A stretch of DNA of 42,308 nt. Source: Octopus bimaculoides (taxonomy: Eukaryota). A program made the position numbers and the translations under genes. The notes under the pieces were generated by a model. That model saw nothing but the letters and a program-made list of their open reading frames with translations. It made no database searches and was not told the DNA's origin. The DNA lies in contig NC_068983.1 of NCBI RefSeq assembly GCF_001194135.2, forward strand, positions 90,054,297-90,096,604, read 5' to 3'. Positions 22,621 to 34,148 of the stretch are shown here, one piece after another (within the stretch, counting starts at the first letter, position 1; each line of letters opens with the position of its first letter).

Positions 22621-23002
22621 TACCTAAGTACAATTCTTCCTGAACTCATGTTTTTGTTTGCAACGATGCCGTTAAATGTCCTTTAATAGCACCATATGCA
22701 GGACACTTTTGCCTTAGACCTTAACAGTCGTAAAGACACTATTTCTGTTGACAGACTAAAAAGGGCTCACATAGAAAAAACTATTTCCACCCCCACAAGA
22801 GACAATACACACACGGCATTACGAACGCATCCTTTACACCCACTATGACTACTGAAAGCAGTAGATATGTGCATTGACCCAGGAATTTAACAAATATTTA
22901 TTACATTTGAACTGTGATATTTTTCCTGTTTTGACATTTTATGATGTATACATTTCTGTTATTTTCATTATTGTATAACGTTACCTCTGCCTGGGGGGAG
23001 GG

Positions 23003-23454
23003 GGTAGTGGTGTAGGTAGGTAGATAGTTGAATGATCTCCCTTGCAAGAAAGATCATAAAATAACCTCCCTTTTCTAAGTTCTTGAAACATCCATGTCAC
23101 AAAATGTGATTCTTAATTATTCAAGAAGCTTGGCATTTCTTGTGGAAGTTTCTAGCGCCATTCACGTTGTTGTTATGCCCGTCTATTTTTCTACGCCCTA
23201 TAGCAGATATGACTGAAAGCCACCACTTCGCTGTTGTTCTACATTTCCTATCTCTGAACTTTCTTGCATAAATTACTTAATTCAACTAGTTTCTACAATT
23301 TGATTCCATGTATTATCATTGATAGAAGAATTAAATATATTTTTATGTAATAATGTATAGATCTTGTATTTATTCTTTCATCTCTGTATGAACTCTGGAA
23401 TTAAAATAAACGCAACCACATCAATACCTTGTACTGTCTATATATTTCACTACA
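23003..23454 (+). repeat. 3' LTR of Gypsy element 1 (452 bp)
   Basis: Preceded by the PPT and followed by TSD GATC. Diverged from the 5' LTR by substitutions and indels. Confidence 0.95.
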
Positions 23455-24426
23455 GATCCTTGAGTTTCAATAACCTCCTTTTCCATATCAGTTTATCTTG
23501 GGATCCAAAGTCACTAACCACTAACCTATGTTGAGTTGTCATGTTCACCAAGGAAAGACTTTGCATTCATGAGCATATGCCTGTCCCTGTTTCTGGTGAG
23601 GATGTAGTCAGCCTGGCTAGAGTGCACACCAGATTGATAAATGATTAGATGGCTGGCAGGTTTCCTGAATTTGGTGTTGCGAACCATTAAGTCATTTGCA
23701 TCATAAAACTCAAGCAGCATTGTTTCCTCCTTAATGAAAACCATCAGAATGCTTTCCAACAAAGCCATTGAAGTCCCCTGCCATGATGAGGATGTCATTG
23801 GGGTAGTCTTTAAAAGGGATTCATAGAAATGGTCCTTCTGAATATCAGTGAGTCCAACATGCGGAGCACATGCAGAGATATACGACAGGATTTAAATTAA
23901 ACATGACTAATCTTAGCTTAATAAATCCTATCACACACCCTGACTACCTCAATCACCTTATCCACCCATTTCTATGCCAAAAAAAAATCACCTACACCAA
24001 CTAACCCATCATTGCTGCTGCCCACCCAGAATTTGTCACTTGCCTGCAAGCAGTCCAGCTGAGACTCCCCACCATCATACCTCTTGCATACAGTGCACAT
24101 CTACATATATATGTAAGTAAGCAATGAGTTGGAAAGGCTGAAGAATAAAATAAATCACTTTGCTTAGCTGTTTTAATTTTGATGTGACATGTAAACCTCC
24201 AAAAGTAAAAATGAAAACCACAAGACAATTTTCTACAAAATATCGAGCCGACAATAATTCACAAGAATGTTAAGAGAAACAATCCACTATTTTACTATCA
24301 TCACCATCTAGGTGATGCAAATGAGATAGACAAACTAATTAATCCTACATTATCAACATTATCATAGACCAGATCATCTGGATAGCACATCTACAAAATA
24401 CATAACCAATATATACATTCAGATCT

Positions 24427-24790
24427 TTTTTACTTGTTTATCATTGGGCTGCAGCCATGCTGAAGCCTTGCCTTAAAGGGTTTAGTCAAACATATCAGTC
24501 CCAATGTTATTTTTTCATGTCTGGTATTTATTCTATTTCTCTTTTGCCAAACCACTAAGTTACCAGGAATGTGAACAAACCAACACTAGTTGTCAAGTGG
24601 AAGTGGGAGACTAACACAAAGACACACACAGACATAATATAACAGGCTACCACACAGTTTCCATCAACTAAATTCACTCCTAAAGCAATGGTCAGCTTAG
24701 GGCTACAGTGGAAGGAACTTGCTCAAGGTGCAGCAAACTGGGACAGAACTCAAAGCCATGTAGTTGCAAAGTGAACTTAACCATGCAATT
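24427..24790 (-). mobile_element. Older tRNA-derived SINE, reverse orientation
   Basis: TTTTTACTTGTTTATCATTGGGCTGCAGCCATGCTG is the reverse complement of the SINE tail, and CTTGCTCAAGGTGCAGCAAACTGGGACAGAACTC the reverse of the head. Confidence 0.8.
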
Positions 24791-25609
24791 AGGTCTGTGC
24801 CTATTCATTTTAGCACACCATCTATCTGGTTCCCTTTCCTTTTTCTTTCCTCGACAATCACTTTTTTTAAAAATCCAGCCTCTATTAATAAGAAAGCTCC
24901 TAGTCTTAAGACGGCTATTTGTTTTTGTTTTATTCTTTCCAGTCTCTCTAGTGATAACTATTAATTATCTAGTAATTCCTTACTTCCTGACAGCGTTCTT
25001 GATCATTTTACTGTAAAATCTTTTAGTCTTTACTCATTTTTTTTTTCTATCCTTAAGTGAAAAACTATGTAGAATTTATCCTGAATGTACTCACTACTCC
25101 CACCACTATCCCATGACATGCTATGGTGCCAGCTTCACTGAGACTACTTCCACAAGTTCCTTATTTCCATACATACATCCCATGAGAATGTATTTCTGTA
25201 CATATGAGTATGTTATATTGCTAATAGTTTTCTTCATTTATCAAAGCTTCATTCCATATCCCTATCACTATGCACAGACATTCAAGTGAGTTCAAGTGTG
25301 TATCCTCCTTCTCACCAGTCTTGGAAACATTAAGTATGTATTGTACTAACACCTATATATATCTAACAAAGTTTTATTGCTGCTGCCACCATATCTGTCA
25401 CTAAACATATACCAAGCACATGAGGAAATAATATCAAATTAATGGAAACATCTAACCATGTATGAAAAAACTTTGACAGTCACCAAGTGATCATAAAAAA
25501 AAAAATTTTCTTTCTTTCATGTATAGAAGATAAATACCAATGTACTGAACCACCATCAGAAACCTCAAATTCAAAATTCTAGGGATGCCACTAACAATAT
25601 CAGTACAAA

Positions 25610-27235
25610 GAAAGATAGGTCATCAGGAGAGATTGTTGAGATACTGGAGTGGAGCATGTAGGAAAAAATTCTTCCAAGTAGGTGGATCAAGCATATTGTT
25701 GGCAAAAAGTAATTAATGTAGTGAAATGTGAAAGAGAATAATTAACCACAGGTAAGTTATAGACAATATGACAGCAACATTTATCTCTGCATGCACACCA
25801 CAATCAGAGTCATCAAGTAACTGAAAGACTACTTTTATGAAACCCATGTGCAAATACCTTAATAAATGATAGTGACATCATTACAGTTAATAACTTCAAT
25901 AGACATGTTGGGTAACACCATGATGTCTTCACTAGCACACATGGAAATTATAGATATAGTTCAAGGAATGAAGAAGGATGAACGCTCAGGAGTTCTGTGA
26001 CGCTAACAATCTGGAACACTAAATTCTGGAAATTGGCCAGCCTACCAATCACCTACTATTCGGCAAAAGCACAAGCCAGATAGACTTCATACTCATCAGG
26101 AAATAGGATAGATGATTGTCAATGCTAAGCATTTCCCTGGTAATGAGTATAATGCCTAATATAGATCTGTAAGAAAACAACTTTCAAGCAGTGGTTTTCA
26201 AGTGATGTGTCAGGGATATCTAAAAAAAAGTATAAGGCTTATAAAATCTAATTCTTGAAAATCTTAAAAAACATGTTACTCATAATTTTGTTAAACATGA
26301 TTACAATTAATAAAAATAAGCAACAGTTTTAAAGACTTTTTCTACATTTTTCTAAGTTTCCCTATATAGTTCTCCAGCAATTTTCTACTTGATGCCTATT
26401 GCAATATGAAGTCAAAAAAGCTGAAAACTACCATTAGATTGATGCAAAAACACAGGATAATCTGAAGAATGAAGACACAGAAGCTGAATGAGCCTTTAAC
26501 CATAAGAAGTACTAGGCTGATGCATATAGCAAGAGGGAGGATGAGAGACATAACACAGAGGACAGGTCAGAATTCTTATAACCTGCTAAGAGGTACAGAT
26601 GAGATCTAGGTCTTGTACGAGGTTCCAGTCAAATGGAAGAGTGGATAGAACCACAAAAACCTAAGGGACAGGCCTGGAAAGAAGGAAGTGAAGAATGTCA
26701 TCAAGTACCAAGAATAATTAACAAAGAGAAAAGCCAAAAGTAAGAGCAACATGTTCTGCAATCTAAGGATGAGAGCAAAGTAAAAAATCACTGGAGACAA
26801 GTGTGTCTAGAATGATAATGGTACTAATGCCCTCACAGATACTGAAAAAGAGACAGGCACAAAAGTGCTTTTATGAGAAACTGTTTAAGAAAATGCATGG
26901 GAAAGCGTGGGTCTATTACATGTAAACCCAACAGACAGGCTGATCACCAAAGATGACAAAGGATATGAATTATACCATGCTTGAGAAGACCCATCAAGCC
27001 AAATAAAATCGTAGTTGTGGCAGATACTGGTGTCATGCAAATGGCACCGGCATTGGTGGCACGTAAAAGTACGAATTACACTTTTGGAGTGGTTAGCATT
27101 AGAAAGGGCATCCACCTGTAGAAACCATACCAAATCAGATTGGAGTCTGATGCAACCTTCCAGCTTGCCAGTCATGGTCAAATTGTCCAACCCATGCCAG
27201 CATGGACAATGGATATTAAATGATGATGATGAACA
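25610..27235 (+). mobile_element. Highly decayed RTE LINE (endonuclease and linker fragments plus 3' tail), RT absent
   Basis: Endonuclease-like QIDFILIRK near 26070, linker GDKCV-NDNG near 26790, and a tail with AGAAAGGGCATCCACCTGTAGAAA ending ATGATGATGATGA at ~27230. Confidence 0.7.
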
Positions 27236-27960
27236 TAGGTGGACTATCACAAAATATCACTGAATTGGAAAAAATATTTGAAGTAGGTCACTTATTAATC
27301 ATTTGTAAAGTCAACAAAGTTTAATGAAGAGTCATAATCAAATAACTGGGACAACATTATTATATGGCACATGAAGAATTAGAAGATAAAATAAAACTGA
27401 TTCTAGTTGAACAAAGTTAAATGCTAGAAAATTGACCTTGTGATCATGAGTTTAAATAGCACCCCCCTACCCACCTCTAGGCAAAATATCTCACATGCCT
27501 CAATCTATGTGACTGAAAATAGGTGTAAAATTATCTTAAGAAATACAGCTACTGAACTTATGCTTGCAAAGAAAAAAAGAAGCAAGCATTATTAAATTTG
27601 CAAATGTCATACACACCTATTATAATTACAATGGTTTCTCTCAAAATAAAGCTAGTATGATTTAATATACATCAAGGTTTCAACAACCACCAGTGGCATT
27701 TTGAATTCTTTGCTAATGCATAGAGTATTGAAAGTGAAAGAGTTGTAGGTAAAATAATTAGTCATTTAAAAAATGAGATACTAAAAACAGTGGTAAATAA
27801 TATTTGTTAAATGGCAGCTGTCTATTGTGTATAGATAAAGAAATAATTTCATTATGAATGTTCAATGTTTCACAATCAATATTTTTAGGGACCAATAAAT
27901 GACACCTGTGTAATTTTCAAGGTTTATTACAATCACATCAGCTGAGGCCCCTAGTAACTG

Positions 27961-28324
27961 CATCAGTAGGCTAAATGAAATGAACATGTGTGCTGATCTA
28001 ATGTAAATATACCATTTCAATTAAATGCAAGTTTATTTTATTTATGCATATATAATGATTTAATTAGAATATTTATTTTAATATATTTTTCTTTTCTATT
28101 GCTTCTAGAGTGTTGAAAGCTAGCTTACATTTTTTTGAAAACTAAGATTATTCTAAGATCATATGAGGAGGTTTCATTAAATGGAATTTGTGTGCATAGG
28201 CACAGTCAATCACAAAAAAGGAAAGAAGCTGCAAATATAGTTTGTACAAATATCAAGTCACATTTTCTAACTCTTGAGAATTTAACACACCTGACAAATC
28301 ATGAAACCATTGCACAAAATTAAA
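27961..28324. repeat. Left arm of an old ~370-bp inverted repeat
   Basis: Reverse complement aligns with 30618-31000. Anchors include AAATTCTCAAGAGTT, TTTGTACAAA, GATCTTAGAATAA, AGATCAGCACACA and GCCTACTGAT. Confidence 0.85.
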
Positions 28325-28344
28325 TATATATTCTTTTATTCTTT

Positions 28345-28440
28345 ACCTCATTTCAGTCATTGGACTTGTAGTCTTGCTAGGAAACCACCTTCAACAGTTT
28401 AGTCAATCATCATCAAACACATCCAGTATTTCCTTTTTTA
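28345..28440 (-). mobile_element. Degenerate SINE tail fragment, reverse orientation
   Basis: CATTTCAGTCATTGGACTTGTAGTCTTGCTAG resembles the reverse complement of the SINE tail. Confidence 0.55.
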
Positions 28441-28640
28441 CTTGTTGAATCTGGAAGATAGGGTATTGCTCATGATCTTTGCAGGCCCTCTGATACAAGT
28501 GAACTTGATACTATGTTCTATCTAAACTGTTGCAGGTCAACACCTACCAAGAAAATATGAGCAAGAAGATTCCAGAAGGCCAATGGTTGAGACAGACTGA
28601 GCATAATAGAGCAAGGCCACACAGGTTGGAGAATCTAGAA

Positions 28641-29245
28641 CTGGTTCTCAAGTGGGGTCCATATAAGATTTTGTTGTTAAAATTTATGTGCAATAAAGTC
28701 TTCTACAATATATAAAATATTTTGTCCAACTTTTTATACAGTAAGTGCAGGAGTGGCTGTGTGGTAAGTAGCTTGCTTACCAACCACATGGTTCCGGGTT
28801 CAGTCCCACTGCGTGGCACCTTGAGCAAGTGTCTTCTACTATAGCCTCAGGCCGACCAAAGCCTTGTGAGTGGATTTGGTAGACGGAAACTGAAAGAAGC
28901 CCGTCGTATATATATATATGTATGTGTGTTTGTCCCACCAACATTGCTTGACAACCAATGCTAGTGTGTTTACGTCCCCGTAACTTAGCGGTTCGGCAAA
29001 AAGAGACCGATAGAAAAAGTACTAGGCTTACAAAGAATAAGTCCTGGGGTCGATTTGCTCGAATAAAGGCGGTGCTCCAACACGGCTGCAGTCAAATGAC
29101 TGAAACAAGTAAAAGAGTAATTCCTGATAATATTTCATTTTAAAAATATAATAGGATTTTTTAAATATCAAATGGCTATAAGGGTCCAACCGAGTAAAAG
29201 AGGAACCAAAGGGACCCATAGGTTAAAAAGGGTTGAGAACTACTG
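28641..29245 (+). mobile_element. hAT (Buster-type) MITE with a SINE nested inside
   Basis: Right TIR GGGTTGAGAACTACTG followed by CTCTAGAG (29246-29253). Degenerate left end CTGGTTCTCAAG preceded by ATCTAGAA (28633-28640). Confidence 0.7.
28745..29120 (+). mobile_element. Full-length young tRNA-derived SINE
   Basis: Same head, linker and tail as 16653-17065, with GGGTTCAGTCCC B-box-like motif and CpGs retained. Confidence 0.95.
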
Positions 29246-30124
29246 CTCTAGAGAGACAAAATATGGAAAGAGATGAAGGATGGGAGGTGTACCTAACTGG
29301 ATACATGACCAGCCAGCTCTGAGGCTAGAGAAGCAGTGATAGAAAAGACAGAGGAGACAGCATACTTGTGAGCCAGGGGATGGAGCATGTCTGTTAGTGA
29401 TTAAATTAACTGAACGGTTGCAGTCCAGGATGATGTAATAACAGCACTGTCCCAGATGAGAGAAGTACTCCATCATGACTTTACTTACAGTATCAGAGGC
29501 TGTTCATACAACTGAAATATTTTCCAGTCTTGAAAAGAAGAAACAATTTTGGGGAAACAGTCCTATGTTGTGCTTTCACCAGAAGAGAACCTCAGTTATT
29601 GTGAAGCCCAGCATTTGGAGCAGCTGTGAAAGTTTTAGATGAGCACCACTCATGGTGCAGTGGATTTTCTTGAGTAGTGCAAGAGTCTCTTTTACTGCTA
29701 AAAGAAACAAAATTGGAATGGATCCACTGAAGAATGCTCTCAAGGTCTCTCAATGCAGGTTTAATGCAGATTTGCAGGTATGGAGTATGTAGGCTGTATA
29801 GAGATGATGTATGGTTAGAGAAAGCTAAGGAGAAAATGGAGTGTTGTGTCAACTGTGTTTGAGTGAACCTTATTAGATGTGGCACCATCTAATTGAAGGA
29901 AGGAAGAGAAACAACACATCAAACCCTGGGAAACACAAGAGAGAATGAGAATGAAGTAGAAAGAACTGTCAATAAATGCCATGATGGTGCAATTAAATAA
30001 GAAATTTTCATTCATCAGACATACAGATTTTTACTGTTTTGTTTCTCCATTGCAATTTTCCTGCAAAAATCTGCAGTGTTGTAATTTTCCTTTTTCCTAG
30101 GTTAAAAGAATATCTTTCAATTTT

Positions 30125-30235
30125 TTTTCACTTGTTTGTCATTGGGCTGCGGCCATGCTGGAGCATTGCTTCGAAGGGTTTACTCGAATATATCAGCACC
30201 AATACTTATTTTCTCAAGTCTGCTTTTATTCTGCT
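30125..30235 (-). mobile_element. SINE tail fragment, reverse orientation
   Basis: CACTTGTTTGTCATTGGGCTGCGGCCATGCTGGAGCA is the reverse complement of the SINE tail. Confidence 0.8.
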
Positions 30236-30470
30236 TCTGGAAGTTATGAGATAAGATTTGCATGCCAGATATAGTCAAAGGCTTTGCTGCCGTCTAGAAC
30301 AACACTTCTGTCACTGAACTTCTTGAGAGCAAGAGCCCATTGACAAGTGGATCTGGCTCTGCAGAAGCCATACTCATGGTAGATGAGGAGAAAGAGATTC
30401 AACTTTTTGAAGAACATCATTGCTAATGACTGTGTCAGTTACCTTACAACTGGATCAGAAGGGTTGCCTT
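30236..30470 (-). mobile_element. CR1/Jockey-like LINE RT fragment
   Basis: Minus-strand HEYGFCRARST...VLDGSKAFDYIWHANLIS matches the QxGFR and D-x-SKAFD-x-V-W-H RT motifs. Confidence 0.65.
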
Positions 30471-30617
30471 TCTTTGGAATGGAATACAATTTCGATTTAT
30501 AGTCTTTGGTTATGAACACAAAACTTGTTTCCAAGGCAATGTTAAGATGGATTCAAATCACCTAAAAATATTCACTTATAATTAAGAGAAACTTTAATCA
30601 GCAGGCAGAATGTTGTT

Positions 30618-31000
30618 ATTAATTTTGTGAAATGTGTTTATGATTTGCCAGCAGTACTAAATTCTCAAGAGTTTAAAAAGTGATTTGATTTTTGTACAAA
30701 TTATATTTATGGCTTCTATGTCACTGTTTCTGTACACAATTTCATTAAATCTTATTTATTGAAGCCTTTTCATTTGATCTTAGAATAAGCTCCCAAGTTT
30801 TCAAATGCTGTAATCTAACTCTCAACAAAGTCTACAAGCAATGGAAAAGTATACTAAAATCAAAACTTAAGTTAAATTTTCTTTAAAAAAGAAATTCAAT
30901 AAAATAATTCTAAATTATATATGCATACATATTAAAGAAGGCATGTATTTAAATAAATAATCAGATCAGCACACAGGCTCATTTCACAAAGCCTACTGAT
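30618..31000. repeat. Right arm of the ~370-bp inverted repeat
   Basis: See 27961-28324. Confidence 0.85.
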
Positions 31001-31094
31001 ACCAATATGTAGAGTGCAGATACTAAACAAATGTTCTATGCTTAATTTGGCCATACTGGAGAGCCCAGCTACAGTGATTGTAATGAACCTTGAA

Positions 31095-31190
31095 AATTAT
31101 AAGTACCAGTCAAACACTGAGGACAATGTAATCAACTAGTTCCTTCCTTGCAAATTTTTAAGCCTTGTGCCTATAGTAGAAAGGATTATC
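31095..31190 (+). mobile_element. 3' half of the second SINE family (as 10101-10317)
   Basis: AAGTACCAGTC...AAATTTTTAAGCCTTGTGCCTATAGTAGAAAGG matches the reverse complement of 10101-10200. Confidence 0.65.
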
Positions 31191-32297
31191 ACTTTTTATT
31201 TTTATCTGAAGACTAATTTACATGCAACTATTCACTTCCAGTATTTATGTATCAACAAGAATTTCAGAAGACACTGGTTAGGCAGGGATTCTTGTTATTT
31301 TTTTTTTTTTAAATGATGCTAGATATCATTAAAATAGTAAAACAAAAATTAAAGAACTGATATGTTTTTAAATCACAGTCAACACTTTTTTTTTTAACGT
31401 TTGTACATTATTTTAACATGATCGTTTTAATATAAATGACGTTTTCATAATTTCTAATCCAATTCCACGTGTCTTTCAAAAAAATTAAAGGATTTTAGTC
31501 TTCTGATAACACGTTTGCTTTACAAACACACCAATTCCTTTTCAATTTTGGGCGGGTCACCATTATTTTAATAGTAATCATACAATTTATCAAGCTATAA
31601 ACATCTGCGTGACAGCGCTGGCTATGTTACGTTTATTTAATCCTTAAATATTAGGATATTTGGAACACTCTAGCATAATTTTAAGAGACTAATTAAGATG
31701 CTGAACAATGAAACCGCGCAACTAGCAAATATTTAGAAGTGACACCGAATCTAACACAACAGGAACTCTTTTTCTGCATATGGCATGTTACAAGTTATCA
31801 GAAAACATTCATAGATATTGTAAAGAAAATTGATTCCTTATAAAAGTATAGAGCTAACGAAATACAAGAGAAATTATACAAAATTGCGACGTCCAATTTT
31901 TCGTTAAAATGCATATGCAAGGAGAGAAAGATCTGATGAAAAATCAAAATATTTTGGACTCGTACCAAAATATTTTTAGTAGAGAAATACAAATTAGTGC
32001 AAAAAATGAAACAATGTCTCTTATCCTCTATCTCTTATTTCCACGATTCTAGTGTGTGGGGCAGACGCTAAATTCTATGACCAGCGCCTGCACTCGATGC
32101 TCTGAGAGAGGATTCACGTCACATTTCCTGCTTTTGTCCGCTTGTGTGCCTAAGATCTCCGGCTATCAATTTCAACTTACAAGGCATTGTTAATATTTTC
32201 CTTGAATATTTTGAAATTATATATAATCCTGCTCCATAAATCTATGGTGCTACGTCTAAGTTATGTTAAAATGTCTGGAGTATTTACGGGTTATATA

Positions 32298-32405
32298 NNN
32301 NNNNNNNNNNNNNNNNNNNNNNNNNNNNNNNNNNNNNNNNNNNNNNNNNNNNNNNNNNNNNNNNNNNNNNNNNNNNNNNNNNNNNNNNNNNNNNNNNNNN
32401 NNNNN
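32298..32405. other. Assembly gap (N run) at a TA/CA microsatellite
   Basis: Run of N. Confidence 1.
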
Positions 32406-33200
32406 ACACACACACACAAACACACAAATGATGAATAAAGAAAAACTAGAAAACAAATACGAAAGGTATAAGTTTTCACAAGTCTAAATAATTGTGCGTT
32501 TGTATGCGTATAAACGTATTTAGTCGTACATAATGCGAGAAATTAATCCTCGAGTGTAAACAATTATTTTTATTTAGTTGCAAAAAGCGAGTTTCATTAC
32601 ATTCAAGATTGCATTGAACTCTAGTACATACCGTGATTAAATTTTTTGCCTGTATTTCAGAAAATGACGATGAAAATTATTTTTAAAAAAACATGCCAAT
32701 TATGGAGAATGAAAGTGCGATAATTTCGTTAAATCAACAAAATTTTAAGCTGCGATATATTTAAAACGCACGTTGTCGAGCAATCTTTTAACAGAATATC
32801 AGAAAGTTTGAAAATGAATTGCGTATTTATAGAACTTTAATCAGAGAATTTGATAGTGTCCAAAAATTACTACAGTAATTGTGTTATGACTAATATTCAG
32901 ATAAGTGATCTCGCAAAAACACTCGATAACAATCCGGAACAAATAGAGACTTTTTTATGCAGGCGAATGATCGAACAATATACTTTTCGTATTCAGTAAT
33001 CGTTAAGTTTATGCAAGTAAATGGAAAATATCAACTTTACTTAAACTTATTTAATCTAAATTTCAACTAATTCGAAACTTTAAGAATGTATTCACTACAA
33101 ACGTTCGTTCTCTATGAGTAAATTAAACTATCTTACGCAACAATTTACTATTAAATAAAAGAATGTAATTCACGAGAAATGAGAAGTGGTAAATTCACAA

Positions 33201-33290
33201 TGTGTATACATGTGGATAATGCATGTTGATATGTGTAAATTAACAAGTGTGCATACGTGTGGATAATACATGTTGATATGTGCGTAAATG
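33201..33290. repeat. Two-copy ~47-bp tandem duplication
   Basis: TGTGGATAAT(G/A)CATGTTGATATGTG occurs twice in tandem. Confidence 0.85.
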
Positions 33291-33761
33291 AAGTCGCATA
33301 AGAGATATTTAGCCCGAAGTCAGCTGATTAAGAAAACGTACGATCAAAGTAATTTCATGTATAACCAACCCATTCCCCCCACCCTTTAAATAGTGTATAC
33401 AAGACGATATCGAACATGTTCATTCTTAGGGCGGTGGACCGAGATCTGGTTGCTAATTCTAGCAAATCAAGCGACAAAATAGAGTTGTATGTGATCGTAT
33501 AACTTAGTCCGTTTAGTTAAATCCAGATATGAGAAAACTGGACAGCTACGAATTTTAAATGTTATTTTATTTTTCTTACAATAGCTTTTAAATACGATTA
33601 ACACAAAACTTCCCAAGGAACTCCGTAAAGAAAATGCCACATGCACCCCACCACATGTATGTGTGTGTGTATTTGCTGTTATTGGCTCGAAAATATTGAT
33701 TATTGCCCTGATACTTTTTTTTAGTTAAATCAGCAAAACACGGTTGTACTTGTTCTCTTAC

Positions 33762-34148
33762 CTCGTATGTAACAGGCGGAACATTCCGAATAATAATTTT
33801 CCTTTCCTTATTATATTCTCGTTTGGCTCGTGCAATCAACTCTTCCGTAGTTAATTCGGGTTCACCGGATGCCGAGGCATCTTGTGTAGATGGATCAGAG
33901 TTTTTGATATCTCCACCACTATCACCACCATCTTCTTCGTCATTATGTTGTTGAGTGCTGAAACTGGTTTCGTCTTCGTCAGTCTTACGTTGCTTTTTCA
34001 ATTGGCTCTCTTGTTGCATCTTACCAGAACGAGTTCTTCGCTTTGTACCAGATTCGCTAAATTCATTATCCTCGAGACATTTGCGACCTTGAAGTTTCTG
34101 AAGGCCACCACTGTCGTTAGATTCCGATTGACACTGTCTATTCGCCAT
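33762..34148 (-). CDS. RAVER1/2-like: Coding exon 1 of Raver-like gene (ribonucleoprotein PTB-binding), 129 codons
   Basis: ATG at 34148 in good context (AATATGG); an upstream in-frame ATG lies at 34184. The open frame ends PELTTEELIARAKREYNKERKIIIRNVPPVTYE at a consensus donor GAG|GTAAGA. This resembles the Raver N-terminus and start of RRM1 (recalled, needs BLAST). Confidence 0.85.

Larger units (their letters stand above)
18603..23454 (+). mobile_element. Gypsy/Ty3 LTR retrotransposon, structurally complete, inactivated
   Basis: LTRs 18603-19091 and 23003-23454 (TGTAG...CTACA), 4-bp TSD GATC (18599-18602 and 23455-23458), PBS-like TGGTGAC at 19097, PPT GGGGGGAGGG at 22993-23002, and gag-PR-RT-RH-IN order. 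Confidence 0.97.
17680..24110 (-). mobile_element. Decayed RTE LINE (endonuclease to RT start) hosting a Gypsy element and a piggyBac MITE
   Basis: AGDFNG-like region, LLEFYDANDLMVRNTKFRK and SQADYILTR (23526-23798). LKLKDPS is split at GATC by the Gypsy; DKVIKDMKT...GPSGVTAEMLK is split at TTAA by the MITE; CYKCKGDA lies near 17690. Confidence 0.85.
398..33761 (-). other. Intron 1 of the Raver-like gene (33,364 bp, GT-AG, phase 0)
   Basis: Donor GAG|GTAAGA at 33761 and acceptor TTTTAG|GAA at 398, with compatible phases. I recognised no other Raver-like coding segment in between, but cassette exons cannot be excluded. Confidence 0.75.

Noticed and set aside
28500-29900. Purine-rich plus-strand sequence flanking the hAT MITE, suggestive of an old LINE ORF
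   Set aside because: I could not find a diagnostic motif in any frame, so it is left unannotated.
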